DNA of 45,853 nt from a virus. Taxonomy: Duplodnaviria > Caudoviricetes. Positions within the stretch are counted from its first letter, which is position 1. Each line of letters opens with the position of its first letter. The notes below the pieces were generated by a model, which saw only the letters and a list, made by a program, of their open reading frames with translations, was not told where the DNA came from and did no database searches. Made by a program: the position numbers and the translations under genes. The DNA is taken from positions 1-45,853 of IMG/VR virus record IMGVR_UViG_3300005512_000068; one strand, given 5' to 3'. This document shows, one piece after another, positions 6,865 to 16,999 of this stretch.

Positions 6865-9332
6865 GCAGCGTATCTCAGACTATCCCTAACTACATATTTG
6901 GTATTAACGAACAGCCAGATTATCTGAAGCGTCCTGGTCAGGTTAGGGACAGTCTGAACATGACGCCTGACGTGACTAAAGGATTGATCAAACGTCCTGG
7001 TTCACGCTTCATTTGCAATGTAGAAGATGACACAGATGGTAAGTGGTTTAACTATTACCGTACAGATGCAGAGCAATATATTGGTCACATTCAAGCGAAT
7101 GGTTTTGTCCGTGTTTGGAATGCTGATGGTACCGCATGTACAGTGACACAATTAACAGGTGTAACTGATACCTCAACAGCTGCTAACTACTTAACCCATA
7201 CAGATGCAGCAGACCTACAAACTCTGACAGTTAATGACTATACGTTTGTCTGCAACAGAAATACAACAGTTGCCTATAACAATACAGTAAGCGCAACACC
7301 TCCTAATGAAGGATTGATTGAACTTAAGGTGATTGCATATGGTAGAAACTATACAGTTGACTTTAAAAACAGCAGCGGAACAGCTCTGTTCTCTGCTACT
7401 ATTAATACTACTGCAGACTCTACACAAGTAATTAATTCAGATACTATCCTGAATGACTTGGTAAGTGATATCAATGGACAGACCAACTTTACTGCTACTC
7501 GGATTGGTAACACAATCCATGTAGTCAATTCAGCTGCCACATTCACCATGGAAACAAGTGATGTGACTTTGCTGAGTGTCTTTACGGAACAAGTTAATAA
7601 TGTAGAGCGACTTCCTTACCAGTGTCACCATGGTTATGTTGTCAAGATTGTCAACAGCAATACTGAAGAGGATGATTACTACGCAGTCTTTCAAGGCAAA
7701 GATGATGTAGATGGATCAGGTGTCTGGCAAGAAACTGTTGGATGGAACAGAAATGTAAATGCCAACACAGGTGCATTTGTAAACTACACAGGCATTAATA
7801 CAACACTTGATCCAGATACTATGCCGCATGTATTGATATGTACGGCGCTTAACACATTCACTGTAGCTGCTGCTGATGGCACAACACCAAATGCCAACAC
7901 TGCAATGAGCTACTCAACGAGGGAGGTTGGTGATCTTGGTACTAATCCTGACCCAAGTTTTGTTGGTAGTCAGATCAATCAGATGCTCTTATTCAGGAAC
8001 AGGATTGTGTTCCTCAGTGGTGAGAACGTGGTGATGACCACATCAGGTGGTCTGCGTCCTGTCAATTTCTTTTCTACATCTGCACTTACCTCTCTAGCTA
8101 CTGATCCGATTGATGTATCAGCAGCATCTAAAGAACCTGCACTCCTGTGGGATGGATTAGAAATTAATAATGGTCTGCTGTTGTTCGCAGAGAATCAGCA
8201 ATACCTGATGACAACTGACTCAGACCTGTTGACTCAAGAGACAACTAAGCTGAATGCTATTAGCTATTACCCATACAGCAAGAGCTGTTCTCCATTCTCT
8301 CTAGGAACTACAGTTGCATTCATTGATAACAGCGGTAGCAATGCACGTATGTTTGAAATGTCAAACATTAATCGCAATGAAGAACCTACTGTTATTGAGC
8401 AATCGAAACCAGTATCTAGATTAACGCCAGGCACTATCAATGAGATCGCTGACTCAAGAGAATCAAGCATAGTACTACTATCATCATCAAACTCTGATGA
8501 ATTGTTTGGCTATAAATATTTCCAAGATGGTCCAGAGAGACAACTATCTTCTTGGTTCAAATGGCAGTTGACAGGTACTGTCATCTATCATTGCATCATG
8601 AGAGATAAGTACTACACAGTTGTACGTTATCAAAACCAGAATCGACTACTGGTTATGGATCTGCAAGATACAAGTGATACAGCATTTGTGAGCTTCGATG
8701 GAGACAAATATCAGGTACATCTAGACAACCGGGTTACTGTTGCCAATGGAGACATAACCTATGACAGCGCTACTGATACCAGCACTTTCACTATGCCTCA
8801 GAATGCAAGTGAAAATGTGTTGGACACTGCGCACAAGGATGTACATGCTTACGTAACTACTGCTGGTGACAACCTTGGCAGATTTGCACAAGTAAGTTTT
8901 AACGGTAACACTGGTAGTCTCACTGGTGACTGGGCTTCAGAGGATATACAACTAGGGTATTTGTTTGAAAGTAGTGTCACTGTTCCTCAATTCTATCTGA
9001 GCAGACCTGAAGGGAATAGTGTCAGGTCTAATACTCGCAATAACCTGACTCTACACAGACTGTTCTTAGAGACAGGTGCTATCGGAGTAACTGACTACAC
9101 CCTTGAACGTAAGGGTAAGGACAATTATGTAGGCACCATTGAAGGTGTCAGGTTTGATGAGTATGACGCTAACGATCCTCTGTTGAGTGAGAGCTTACGT
9201 ACCTACATCCCAGTCTACGAACGAAACACAAACGTAGTCCTGAAACTACACAGCGAACATCCCTCTCCATTCAGTTTGTTCTCAATCTCTTGGGAAGGTG
9301 ATGCTAGTAATCGATACTATCAAAGTGCCTAA
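6861..9332 (+). CDS. Tail tubular protein B (T7 gp12-like)
   Basis: VSQTIPNYIFGINEQPD, GLIKRPG, NPDPSFVG, FRNRIVFLS, SSWFKW motifs; 823 aa. Confidence 0.94.
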   Translation: MSSVSQTIPNYIFGINEQPDYLKRPGQVRDSLNMTPDVTKGLIKRPGSRFICNVEDDTDGKWFNYYRTDAEQYIGHIQANGFVRVWNADGTACTVTQLTGVTDTSTAANYLTHTDAADLQTLTVNDYTFVCNRNTTVAYNNTVSATPPNEGLIELKVIAYGRNYTVDFKNSSGTALFSATINTTADSTQVINSDTILNDLVSDINGQTNFTATRIGNTIHVVNSAATFTMETSDVTLLSVFTEQVNNVERLPYQCHHGYVVKIVNSNTEEDDYYAVFQGKDDVDGSGVWQETVGWNRNVNANTGAFVNYTGINTTLDPDTMPHVLICTALNTFTVAAADGTTPNANTAMSYSTREVGDLGTNPDPSFVGSQINQMLLFRNRIVFLSGENVVMTTSGGLRPVNFFSTSALTSLATDPIDVSAASKEPALLWDGLEINNGLLLFAENQQYLMTTDSDLLTQETTKLNAISYYPYSKSCSPFSLGTTVAFIDNSGSNARMFEMSNINRNEEPTVIEQSKPVSRLTPGTINEIADSRESSIVLLSSSNSDELFGYKYFQDGPERQLSSWFKWQLTGTVIYHCIMRDKYYTVVRYQNQNRLLVMDLQDTSDTAFVSFDGDKYQVHLDNRVTVANGDITYDSATDTSTFTMPQNASENVLDTAHKDVHAYVTTAGDNLGRFAQVSFNGNTGSLTGDWASEDIQLGYLFESSVTVPQFYLSRPEGNSVRSNTRNNLTLHRLFLETGAIGVTDYTLERKGKDNYVGTIEGVRFDEYDANDPLLSESLRTYIPVYERNTNVVLKLHSEHPSPFSLFSISWEGDASNRYYQSA

Positions 9333-9786
9333 TTACATTCACCCACTCACAAAGGAGGCTGCGATCTACGTGGCCTCCCACCTTCGTGATGACGATTACC
9401 GAGAGATCACAGAAGGCTATGGCTGGCATCCATTGCAAGCTGCTATGTATCCACTAGAGGATGATGCAGTTTGGTTTGAAGTGCCTAACGGTAAGACTGC
9501 CGGTATGGCAGGTGTAGCACCAGACGGACAAGTCTGGATGCTCTGCACTCCAGCAATTCACGAGTACCCACTGACATTTGCTCGTGAGTCAAAACGGTTT
9601 ATTGACAGACGGAAAGAGCCAAGGCTTTGGAACATTGTCGATAAACGGAATACAGCCCATATCAAGATCCTTAAGTTCCTAGGTTTTGAACTAGGTAAAG
9701 AGATTGTGTATGGACCAAACAAGATAACTTTTATCGAATTTAGCCGTAATGGTATTACCAATTCCAGCAGCGTTCGGTCTGGCTAG
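9325..9786 (+). CDS. T7 gp13-like protein (acetyltransferase-like fold)
   Basis: HLRDDDYREI, VWMLCT, LWNIVDKRNTAHIKILKFLGF; follows tail tube B; GTG start at 9325 likely. Confidence 0.82.
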   Translation: MPNYIHPLTKEAAIYVASHLRDDDYREITEGYGWHPLQAAMYPLEDDAVWFEVPNGKTAGMAGVAPDGQVWMLCTPAIHEYPLTFARESKRFIDRRKEPRLWNIVDKRNTAHIKILKFLGFELGKEIVYGPNKITFIEFSRNGITNSSSVRSG

Positions 9787-10462
9787 TTTTGCCAGCAACG
9801 CTCTAGGTGCCTTTGGGCAACAGCAACAAGAAGACGAAGAATATCGATATTCAGAGAAGAAGCGGAAGATGCAAGATCGCTTTGCTCTCAATGATTATCA
9901 CAGACGAGTAAGGCAATCACAAAGCAACTGGAATCAAGCTATTGCTGTTAGGCAAGCTGAGATCAAGCAGTACCAGGGACAGATCCAAGAGAACAACCGT
10001 TCAGCCAACAGTGCGATGTATCGCAACAACCGGCAGATGGCTGAGATTCAGGATCGTCAGAAGTCAAAAGCACTAGATCAATACCTAAGTGTTCTTGAGA
10101 TGAATGCTGAGTCTGCAGCTGGTGGTCAGACAGGCCGACGTGCTGGTCAAGGAAGGCGAGCCAATATGGCTGCTCTTGGTAGGCAAATGTCATACCAAGG
10201 TCAAGCACTTGTACGACATCAGGAAGAGACAGAACTAGCAAACCAAGAAGTACAGAACCAACGACGTGTTGCTGACATGAATGCTTTCTACCCAGTGAGT
10301 GTTCCGATGCAGCGTCCTATGGCACCTGCACCACCGCAAAGGTCTATCGCTGGTGTCCGTCCTAATCGGATGGGTATGTACTCAAGTTTGATTCAAGGTG
10401 GTCTTGGTGCGGCTCAACTGACAGGCTCACTGAACCCTGGTGGATTTCTAGGATTTACATAA
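9749..10462 (+). CDS. Internal virion protein (T7 gp14-like)
   Basis: Q/R/A-rich helical protein with Gly-rich hydrophobic ends; synteny. Confidence 0.72.
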   Translation: MVLPIPAAFGLASFASNALGAFGQQQQEDEEYRYSEKKRKMQDRFALNDYHRRVRQSQSNWNQAIAVRQAEIKQYQGQIQENNRSANSAMYRNNRQMAEIQDRQKSKALDQYLSVLEMNAESAAGGQTGRRAGQGRRANMAALGRQMSYQGQALVRHQEETELANQEVQNQRRVADMNAFYPVSVPMQRPMAPAPPQRSIAGVRPNRMGMYSSLIQGGLGAAQLTGSLNPGGFLGFT

Positions 10463-10516
10463 TGTATGATAAAACTTCTACCCATAATATTGTTACTTTC
10501 AACTACACCATATGAC

Positions 10517-13153
10517 ATGGCAAAAAAGTACAGACCAAGTAATGACTCTCAAGTAATTGCTAAAGGTGGTTCATTCAATCCACAAAAGATTGGATCAGCT
10601 GCCGGTGCGCTACGTGGTGAGTTTGACCGACAGAATGCTAATCAAAACTTAATTGATGAGCAAGAGAAGATCAATGAAGGAAGGCAACTGTCAAACCTTG
10701 AACAACGCAAGCTCAATGCTCAAGCGTTCGGTAAGGATATGGTTGACCTTGCAGCGCTCAGTGGCACCCTTACTGAAGCCCTTGTAGGTGTACAGAAAAC
10801 ACGTAATGAGGAAGCCAAACAACGTGGAGTCATGAAGGCTTACACGGATGGCACTAACCCTCAATCACAAGCTGAGTTTGATGAGCGCTATGAAGCACTA
10901 GAGAAGCTCGATGAGCAAGGCAGAGCTGCTGCTGCAGATGCCTATACAAAGGGTGTACCTGCTGATCGTGTTCGTCAGATCCGTAAGCTGTCTGGCTGGG
11001 AAGCTGTTGGCTACGCAGAGGGTCAAGCCCGTATGGGTGGTTACCAATACGGTGACTACTTCCGTGAAGCTAAGCGCACCGTGAAGGTGATGATCAATGG
11101 TGAAGAGAAAACCTACGATCAAGCCGAGACACTGCCTGAACGGCAAGAGATTGAAGACGCTATCCGTAAGAGCTACATCGCTCGCTACTCAGATATGAAG
11201 CCTGAGATGCTGCAGAAGGCTGGTTTCTTTGACTCACTACGGAAGTATGAGGCAGCAGAAGCTGTTGAATGGCAGAAGAATCAAGATATCAGGTTTAAGA
11301 ATGAGAAAGATGATGAAGCTCGTAGCTACATTCTTGACGCTGTAAGAAGTGAAGATGGTGGTGCTAGGGTACATAAAGCACTAGAAAAGTTTGAAGCTGA
11401 CTATGGTGGTCCTGCAGGTGCTAGGAAGTTTATCTCAGACCACCTGAAAGACTTAGCCAGTAATGGTCTTCTAAGTGTTGCAGAAGCGCAGAGGATTCAA
11501 GACTTCCGTTTCATTAACAGATCTGGAAAGGAGACAACATTAGGTGAACAATTTCCTGAGTTTGCCAACCTAGACGATGTTGCTTTGAAAAAAAGCTATG
11601 ACATCTCTCAAAACGATCAGCGTCAATTAGAAATTAACAAGAACGAGTTCGAAGCCAAGCTGAAAGCTGAAGAGCGTGACATGCTCAATGAAGAGCCTCC
11701 TCGTCGCTTCACAGAAGATGATAAAAAGAAAATGATTGCCGATTGGCAACGGGACTTTGGTGGTGAGATACCAGATTACTTAAACACTCTTCTTACTAGG
11801 GAGACTGAAGACGACAAGCTCAAGCAAGAACAGCTAGATCAGTTGCTTGCATCTAGAGGCTATTTGACTGAAGGTGATTTCGTTGGCTCATCCACTAAGG
11901 TATATTTAGCCAACAAGGACAAGATTGCTGACACAAAAGCAATGGCGAGTGTGCCAAGTGACTTGATCAAATATGCAGAAGACTCTATTGAGGCACAACT
12001 GAGGAAGACTCTTATCAGTGCTGGTATGAGTTCTAGTCTAGATGATCCTGATGCTGTTGAACTGAAGCAGCGTGGTGTGGAACTACACCGCTCTCTACTA
12101 TCTAAAAATCTTGCAGAAGGAATGCCTGTTGGCAAGGCAAACCAAGAAGCAATCAATACTATCAAGGCGATGCTTGAGCCATCAGAAGCTGGTGGTGGTC
12201 TTACCTCAACTGAACTCTATAAGCCAAAGTACGGCTATCAAGACGCAACAGAGGAGAACCAACGTACTCAACGCAACGCATTGACTTGGGTTGGAAACAA
12301 CAAAGAGAAGATATTAACTGAACAGATCCCTGGTACTGAGAAAGAACTAGGCGAGCTGGTAAAGCTGGCAGAAACCGGTAGAGGATCAATCCCACGTCTG
12401 TACAACTTGATTGCCCATAGCACTAATGGTCAGTATTCCGGCTGGGATATTGCAGAGATGCAGCTAAAGGCAACAGGCAAAGGAACGCTTATGCGTCCTG
12501 ATGTTGAACAGGAAGTGCAAAAACTCAACCCAAACCTGCAGCGTCTTCTTAACTTTAAACCTACTAATGCTTCTACTTATGCTGCTATGTCAGGTGGATA
12601 CAGCGTTGCTGGTCCTGCTACTGCTAGCGGCTTGAAAGGTAACTGGAAGACCTTCCTAGATATGGTCGCCAGTGTTGAGTCGGAATCCCACGGTGGATAT
12701 GACGCCTACAACCTTGGTGGTTCCAATGGTGGTCATACTCCTCATGGCTCTGGCAACTCAACTGATGGTCGCTTTGGAAAACCACTTACTCAACTAACTG
12801 TTCAAGAAGTGATGGACCTGGGAGCTGCACCAACTGGCAGGCATATCCATGCTGCTGGTAGGTATCAGTTCATTCCTTCTACTCTTATTGAAACAGTCAG
12901 AGAAGCAGGTATTGATCCAAAGACCACACTGTTTGATGAAGCAACACAAGATAAGTTAGCTATAGCTCGTGCACGCTGGCGTATCCGCAATGATCGCGGA
13001 ATGGCTGGATTGCGCAGAGAGTGGATTGGCTTGACCCATGTAAGAGATGCAGTGCTGAGGCCTGCCATGCAAGGGATTGTCAATACTGACTCTCCATACA
13101 ATCAACCTGATGTTCTTTCACCAAGTGTCAGGAAAAAGGTCTACAAGTACTAA
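10517..13153 (+). CDS. Internal virion protein (T7 gp15-like) with a C-terminal lysozyme/lytic transglycosylase-like domain
   Basis: Synteny and size; C-terminal MVASVES..YDAYN..AAGRYQF..QDKLA..EWIGL signature; start 10517 or 10466. Confidence 0.8.
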   Translation: MAKKYRPSNDSQVIAKGGSFNPQKIGSAAGALRGEFDRQNANQNLIDEQEKINEGRQLSNLEQRKLNAQAFGKDMVDLAALSGTLTEALVGVQKTRNEEAKQRGVMKAYTDGTNPQSQAEFDERYEALEKLDEQGRAAAADAYTKGVPADRVRQIRKLSGWEAVGYAEGQARMGGYQYGDYFREAKRTVKVMINGEEKTYDQAETLPERQEIEDAIRKSYIARYSDMKPEMLQKAGFFDSLRKYEAAEAVEWQKNQDIRFKNEKDDEARSYILDAVRSEDGGARVHKALEKFEADYGGPAGARKFISDHLKDLASNGLLSVAEAQRIQDFRFINRSGKETTLGEQFPEFANLDDVALKKSYDISQNDQRQLEINKNEFEAKLKAEERDMLNEEPPRRFTEDDKKKMIADWQRDFGGEIPDYLNTLLTRETEDDKLKQEQLDQLLASRGYLTEGDFVGSSTKVYLANKDKIADTKAMASVPSDLIKYAEDSIEAQLRKTLISAGMSSSLDDPDAVELKQRGVELHRSLLSKNLAEGMPVGKANQEAINTIKAMLEPSEAGGGLTSTELYKPKYGYQDATEENQRTQRNALTWVGNNKEKILTEQIPGTEKELGELVKLAETGRGSIPRLYNLIAHSTNGQYSGWDIAEMQLKATGKGTLMRPDVEQEVQKLNPNLQRLLNFKPTNASTYAAMSGGYSVAGPATASGLKGNWKTFLDMVASVESESHGGYDAYNLGGSNGGHTPHGSGNSTDGRFGKPLTQLTVQEVMDLGAAPTGRHIHAAGRYQFIPSTLIETVREAGIDPKTTLFDEATQDKLAIARARWRIRNDRGMAGLRREWIGLTHVRDAVLRPAMQGIVNTDSPYNQPDVLSPSVRKKVYKY

Positions 13154-13160
13154 CAGGTAA

Positions 13161-16100
13161 ATGAATGATTTCACAATCGATACCGATCAGATAGATGCTG
13201 ATCAGCTGCTTGAGGGCGCTGATGCTATTGATGAACGGCTTGGAGAACGCGAGGATGAGCGAGAACTAGAAGCTCAACAGCAGGCTGAAGCTGAGGCTCA
13301 GGCAAAGCTCCAAGAAGGAAAACCACAACTAGCTGCTAATGACCCACGACGTGACGGTGTTGGATTTAACATCCCTGACATTGCTGCTGAATTTGGTGCA
13401 GCTACTGGTGGCGGATTAATAGACACTGGATCTTCCATTCTCACTGCTAAAGAACGTGTCCAAGACATGTTCAACGGTGAGATGGCAAGGGAAGGTGAGG
13501 ATTACGAACCTGAATGGAACCCTCTTAAGGGTAAGAACTCTCCTGTCACCACTACTTGGTGGGGCGGTCTGATTCGTGGAGGTGTGCACTTTGCCTCTAT
13601 GACTGCTGCTCTGGCGGCAGCTATCAAAGGTGCTGCTCTTATCCCTGTTGTTGGGGCTCCAGCTGCTGCTGCAGCCGGTGGTCTCTCTGCACTAGGGAAA
13701 GCAGGTAAGTACGGATGGCTAGCCAAAGGTGCCATCACAGGTGGCGCAGTCGATCTGGTGTCTGAGTACTCCCAGGAAGACAACGCCATGGGAGAGCTGA
13801 AAAAGCACTTCCCTTGGATGGAAGGAAACCCACTGGCTACTAACCCAGAAGACTCACCATTCATGAAAACCCTCAAGAATGTAGTTGAGGGTATGGGTAT
13901 CGGGATCGTCTTTGACGGTGCACTGATGGCAGTCCGCAAAGGAATGCGGATGCGCAAAGGGATCCAAGAGCCTGACACAGATGGTCTGGATCGGGCTATT
14001 GCACGGAATGACGACATTGAAGCTCAGAAGGTAGAGATGGGAGTTGAGCAGCTACAGCTGCCTGGCTTTGGTGCCTACAAAAACGAGCCCATTGCTGACC
14101 TACATCAGGGTGCTCCTATGTCGCGTGCTCCTGGTCAGCTGGACAACATCAACGAGCGCAGACAACTGTCCATTCAATGGGGCGCTGACATGGAAGGCTC
14201 CATGAGCAGCATGAATACTCCTGCTCAGCTAGCCCGTAGTTCTGACTTCACCAAGCTCCCTACTGATGAGATCGACAAGATCTTCAAAGAGTCACTAGGT
14301 GACGACAGGGCTGCTGCACTGATGGCAGACCTACAGAGCCGAGTGAAGAACCCATATGAGGTCCTTGCTGAGAGCTACCAAGGCTTCCGAGAATTAGTGG
14401 ATGGAAGGAACGTCACTGACGCCACCACCCTTGAGGACTACTTCGATCCTGTGCTGAATGGTCTGAACGCTGAGGATCTACCGATTAAAGACTTCGGACA
14501 AAAGATCGTGATCATGGACTTGGTGAATGCTGCCAATGCCAAGAACTTGCGTGACATGGCTATCGGTGCACGGGAGATCGTTGACGTTGCTGACGTGTTC
14601 GCTCCTGATGGACCGATGAAGGTCATCGCTGACCGTCTGGCATACGGCATTACTCAAGTCAAAACTGCTCGATATCTCTGGGGCGAAGCTGGTAGGCAGA
14701 TGCGTACGCCTGAAGGTGCAGCCAAAGGTGCTGAAGCTTTCAAGGCACGTCAAGCCAAGATCAAAGGTCAGAAGGACCGGATGCTTGAGATGAAGCGTGA
14801 TGCCTATGAGGCAGTGACTGCAATGATGCAAGTCGCACAACGCTCTAAGAATGAAGACCTGACGAAAGCTCTACTTGAAGCTTTCTCTATGTCGAACAAG
14901 GTTACAAACCTAGAGGATCTCTACAAATACTTTGAATCCAAACTGAAGGGAGGTGAGTTCGGTAAAACCAGCTCTTCGCAGCTCATTCGTGAACTGCAAG
15001 GCGTGATGGTACATAGCGTTCTAAGCGGCCCTAAGACGCCTGTAAGAGCAATTATGGGCACAACTACCGCAACCATGCTTAGGCCCTTTGCACAGGCCAT
15101 TGGAGGCGCTGTAGCGATGGATGGAGCGATGATGCGTGAGGGCTTGGCTTCGCTTAATGCGATGCGTGAAGTTCTACCTGAAGCATTCCAACTATTCCGC
15201 TCACGTCTTAACAGCTACTGGACTGGTGAGTTGTCTACGGTAAAGACTAAGAACTTCGAGTTCAGCAAGCGAGATCAAGAGTGGGATGCAATCGGTGAAA
15301 TGATCCGCATCCGTAAGGAGATGGGTAAGGAAGTCAGTCCTGGTACTGAAGCTGCATATCACATTGCTAATGCTGCACGTGCTGCTAACAACTCCAACCT
15401 TCTCACTTATTCCACCAAGATCATGGCTGCTACTGATGATGCCTTTGGTTTCATCATGGCTAGGGCTCGTGCACGGCAGCTTGCTATGCGTGAAGCTCTG
15501 GAGAACCAGAAGATTGGTAACCTCTCAGATGTTAATCCTGAGCTACTGAAAGAAGCAGAAGATAAGTTCTACAAGCAATTCCTGGATAGCGAAGGGAATG
15601 TTGACTTCAACACTGATGCTGCTCTTAAGTTTGCACGTGAAGAAGGTACGTTGACTCGTGACTTGTCTGGCTTCTCTAAAGGCCTAGACAACCTGATGGG
15701 TCAAACACCGTGGGCTAAGCCCTTCATGCTGTTCGCCCGTACTGGTGTGAACGGTCTGGAGCTGACCATGAAGCACATGCCGTTGTTCAACCGTCTTGTT
15801 AAAGACGAACGACGGATCCTCAATGCAACTCTCGATCAAGCTGATGCTGGTGAATTGTTTGATATCGGCATCATGAACGCTAAGGACTTAATGCAGTCCA
15901 AGGCAATTATGAAAGGTCGTGGTGCTATTGGCGCTGGTCTTATCACCATGGCTTCTATGCACTTCATGAGTGGCAACCTGACTGGTAATGGTCCACAGGA
16001 TCGGCAACAGCGTCAGATGAAGCTGGATGCTGGTTGGCGTCCACGCTCTATCAAGATCGGAAACGTATGGGTTAGCTATGACTCCTTTGAACCGTTTAAC

Positions 16101-16997
16101 TCGATCCTTAGCTTTGTTGCTGATATTGGTGATCACTATGAGTTGATGGGTCCAGAGTGGACTGAGAAGAACCTATTCAAAACCTCGCTGGTTCTTGCAC
16201 AAGGTGTGGCTAACAAGTCCTACATGGCTGGTCTACAGCAGTTTGTTGATCTGCTTTCTGCACAGCCTGGTCAAGCAGAGAAGATTGTTGCAAGCCTGGT
16301 AAACAATCAGGTTCCACTGTCCAGTCTTCGCAATGAGCTGGGCAAGCTGTTCAATCCTTATATGAAGGAACTGAACTCTGGTTTCCTAGACAACATCCGT
16401 AACCGTAACCAACTGAGCGAAGCACTGAGTGGCGATCCTCTGCCTGTCAAATACGACTTGCTGACTGGTGATCCAATCAAGGACCATGACTTCCCAACTC
16501 GGATGTTCAACATGTTCAGTCCAGTACAGATGAACCTGGATTACTCTCCTGGTCGCGCCATGCTATTTAACAGTGGCTATGACCTGCGGATCGCTGGTTA
16601 CTCATCACCTACTGGTGTGAGCCTGAAAGATTCACCTGCTGTTCGGTCGATGTATCAACAGGCAATCGGCAAGCAAGGTCTACAAAAGAAACTGGACAAG
16701 TTGGCAGAAAGCCAAAAGGTCAAAGACTCTCTAGCCCAAATGGAAGCTGACAAGAATGCTGGTCGGTTCGGTAAAGATCCCATGGACTACCACCACAACC
16801 GTGTGATTCGTCAACTTATGAACGATGCACAACGACGTGCCTGGGCTTCTATTGCCCAAGATCCTGAGGTTGCTCAGTTGATCGAAAAGAAACGCCTGCT
16901 TGATTCAGCTAAAGCAAACACACGTCGTGGCAACTACGACGCCGCAAACACTGTCTATGACCAAGCACAAGAAGTCCTTAACATGCCTATTCGTTAA
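13161..16997 (+). CDS. Internal virion protein (T7 gp16-like)
   Basis: 1278-aa helical protein directly before the tail fibre; synteny. Confidence 0.8.
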   Translation: MNDFTIDTDQIDADQLLEGADAIDERLGEREDERELEAQQQAEAEAQAKLQEGKPQLAANDPRRDGVGFNIPDIAAEFGAATGGGLIDTGSSILTAKERVQDMFNGEMAREGEDYEPEWNPLKGKNSPVTTTWWGGLIRGGVHFASMTAALAAAIKGAALIPVVGAPAAAAAGGLSALGKAGKYGWLAKGAITGGAVDLVSEYSQEDNAMGELKKHFPWMEGNPLATNPEDSPFMKTLKNVVEGMGIGIVFDGALMAVRKGMRMRKGIQEPDTDGLDRAIARNDDIEAQKVEMGVEQLQLPGFGAYKNEPIADLHQGAPMSRAPGQLDNINERRQLSIQWGADMEGSMSSMNTPAQLARSSDFTKLPTDEIDKIFKESLGDDRAAALMADLQSRVKNPYEVLAESYQGFRELVDGRNVTDATTLEDYFDPVLNGLNAEDLPIKDFGQKIVIMDLVNAANAKNLRDMAIGAREIVDVADVFAPDGPMKVIADRLAYGITQVKTARYLWGEAGRQMRTPEGAAKGAEAFKARQAKIKGQKDRMLEMKRDAYEAVTAMMQVAQRSKNEDLTKALLEAFSMSNKVTNLEDLYKYFESKLKGGEFGKTSSSQLIRELQGVMVHSVLSGPKTPVRAIMGTTTATMLRPFAQAIGGAVAMDGAMMREGLASLNAMREVLPEAFQLFRSRLNSYWTGELSTVKTKNFEFSKRDQEWDAIGEMIRIRKEMGKEVSPGTEAAYHIANAARAANNSNLLTYSTKIMAATDDAFGFIMARARARQLAMREALENQKIGNLSDVNPELLKEAEDKFYKQFLDSEGNVDFNTDAALKFAREEGTLTRDLSGFSKGLDNLMGQTPWAKPFMLFARTGVNGLELTMKHMPLFNRLVKDERRILNATLDQADAGELFDIGIMNAKDLMQSKAIMKGRGAIGAGLITMASMHFMSGNLTGNGPQDRQQRQMKLDAGWRPRSIKIGNVWVSYDSFEPFNSILSFVADIGDHYELMGPEWTEKNLFKTSLVLAQGVANKSYMAGLQQFVDLLSAQPGQAEKIVASLVNNQVPLSSLRNELGKLFNPYMKELNSGFLDNIRNRNQLSEALSGDPLPVKYDLLTGDPIKDHDFPTRMFNMFSPVQMNLDYSPGRAMLFNSGYDLRIAGYSSPTGVSLKDSPAVRSMYQQAIGKQGLQKKLDKLAESQKVKDSLAQMEADKNAGRFGKDPMDYHHNRVIRQLMNDAQRRAWASIAQDPEVAQLIEKKRLLDSAKANTRRGNYDAANTVYDQAQEVLNMPIR

Positions 16998-16999
16998 TC

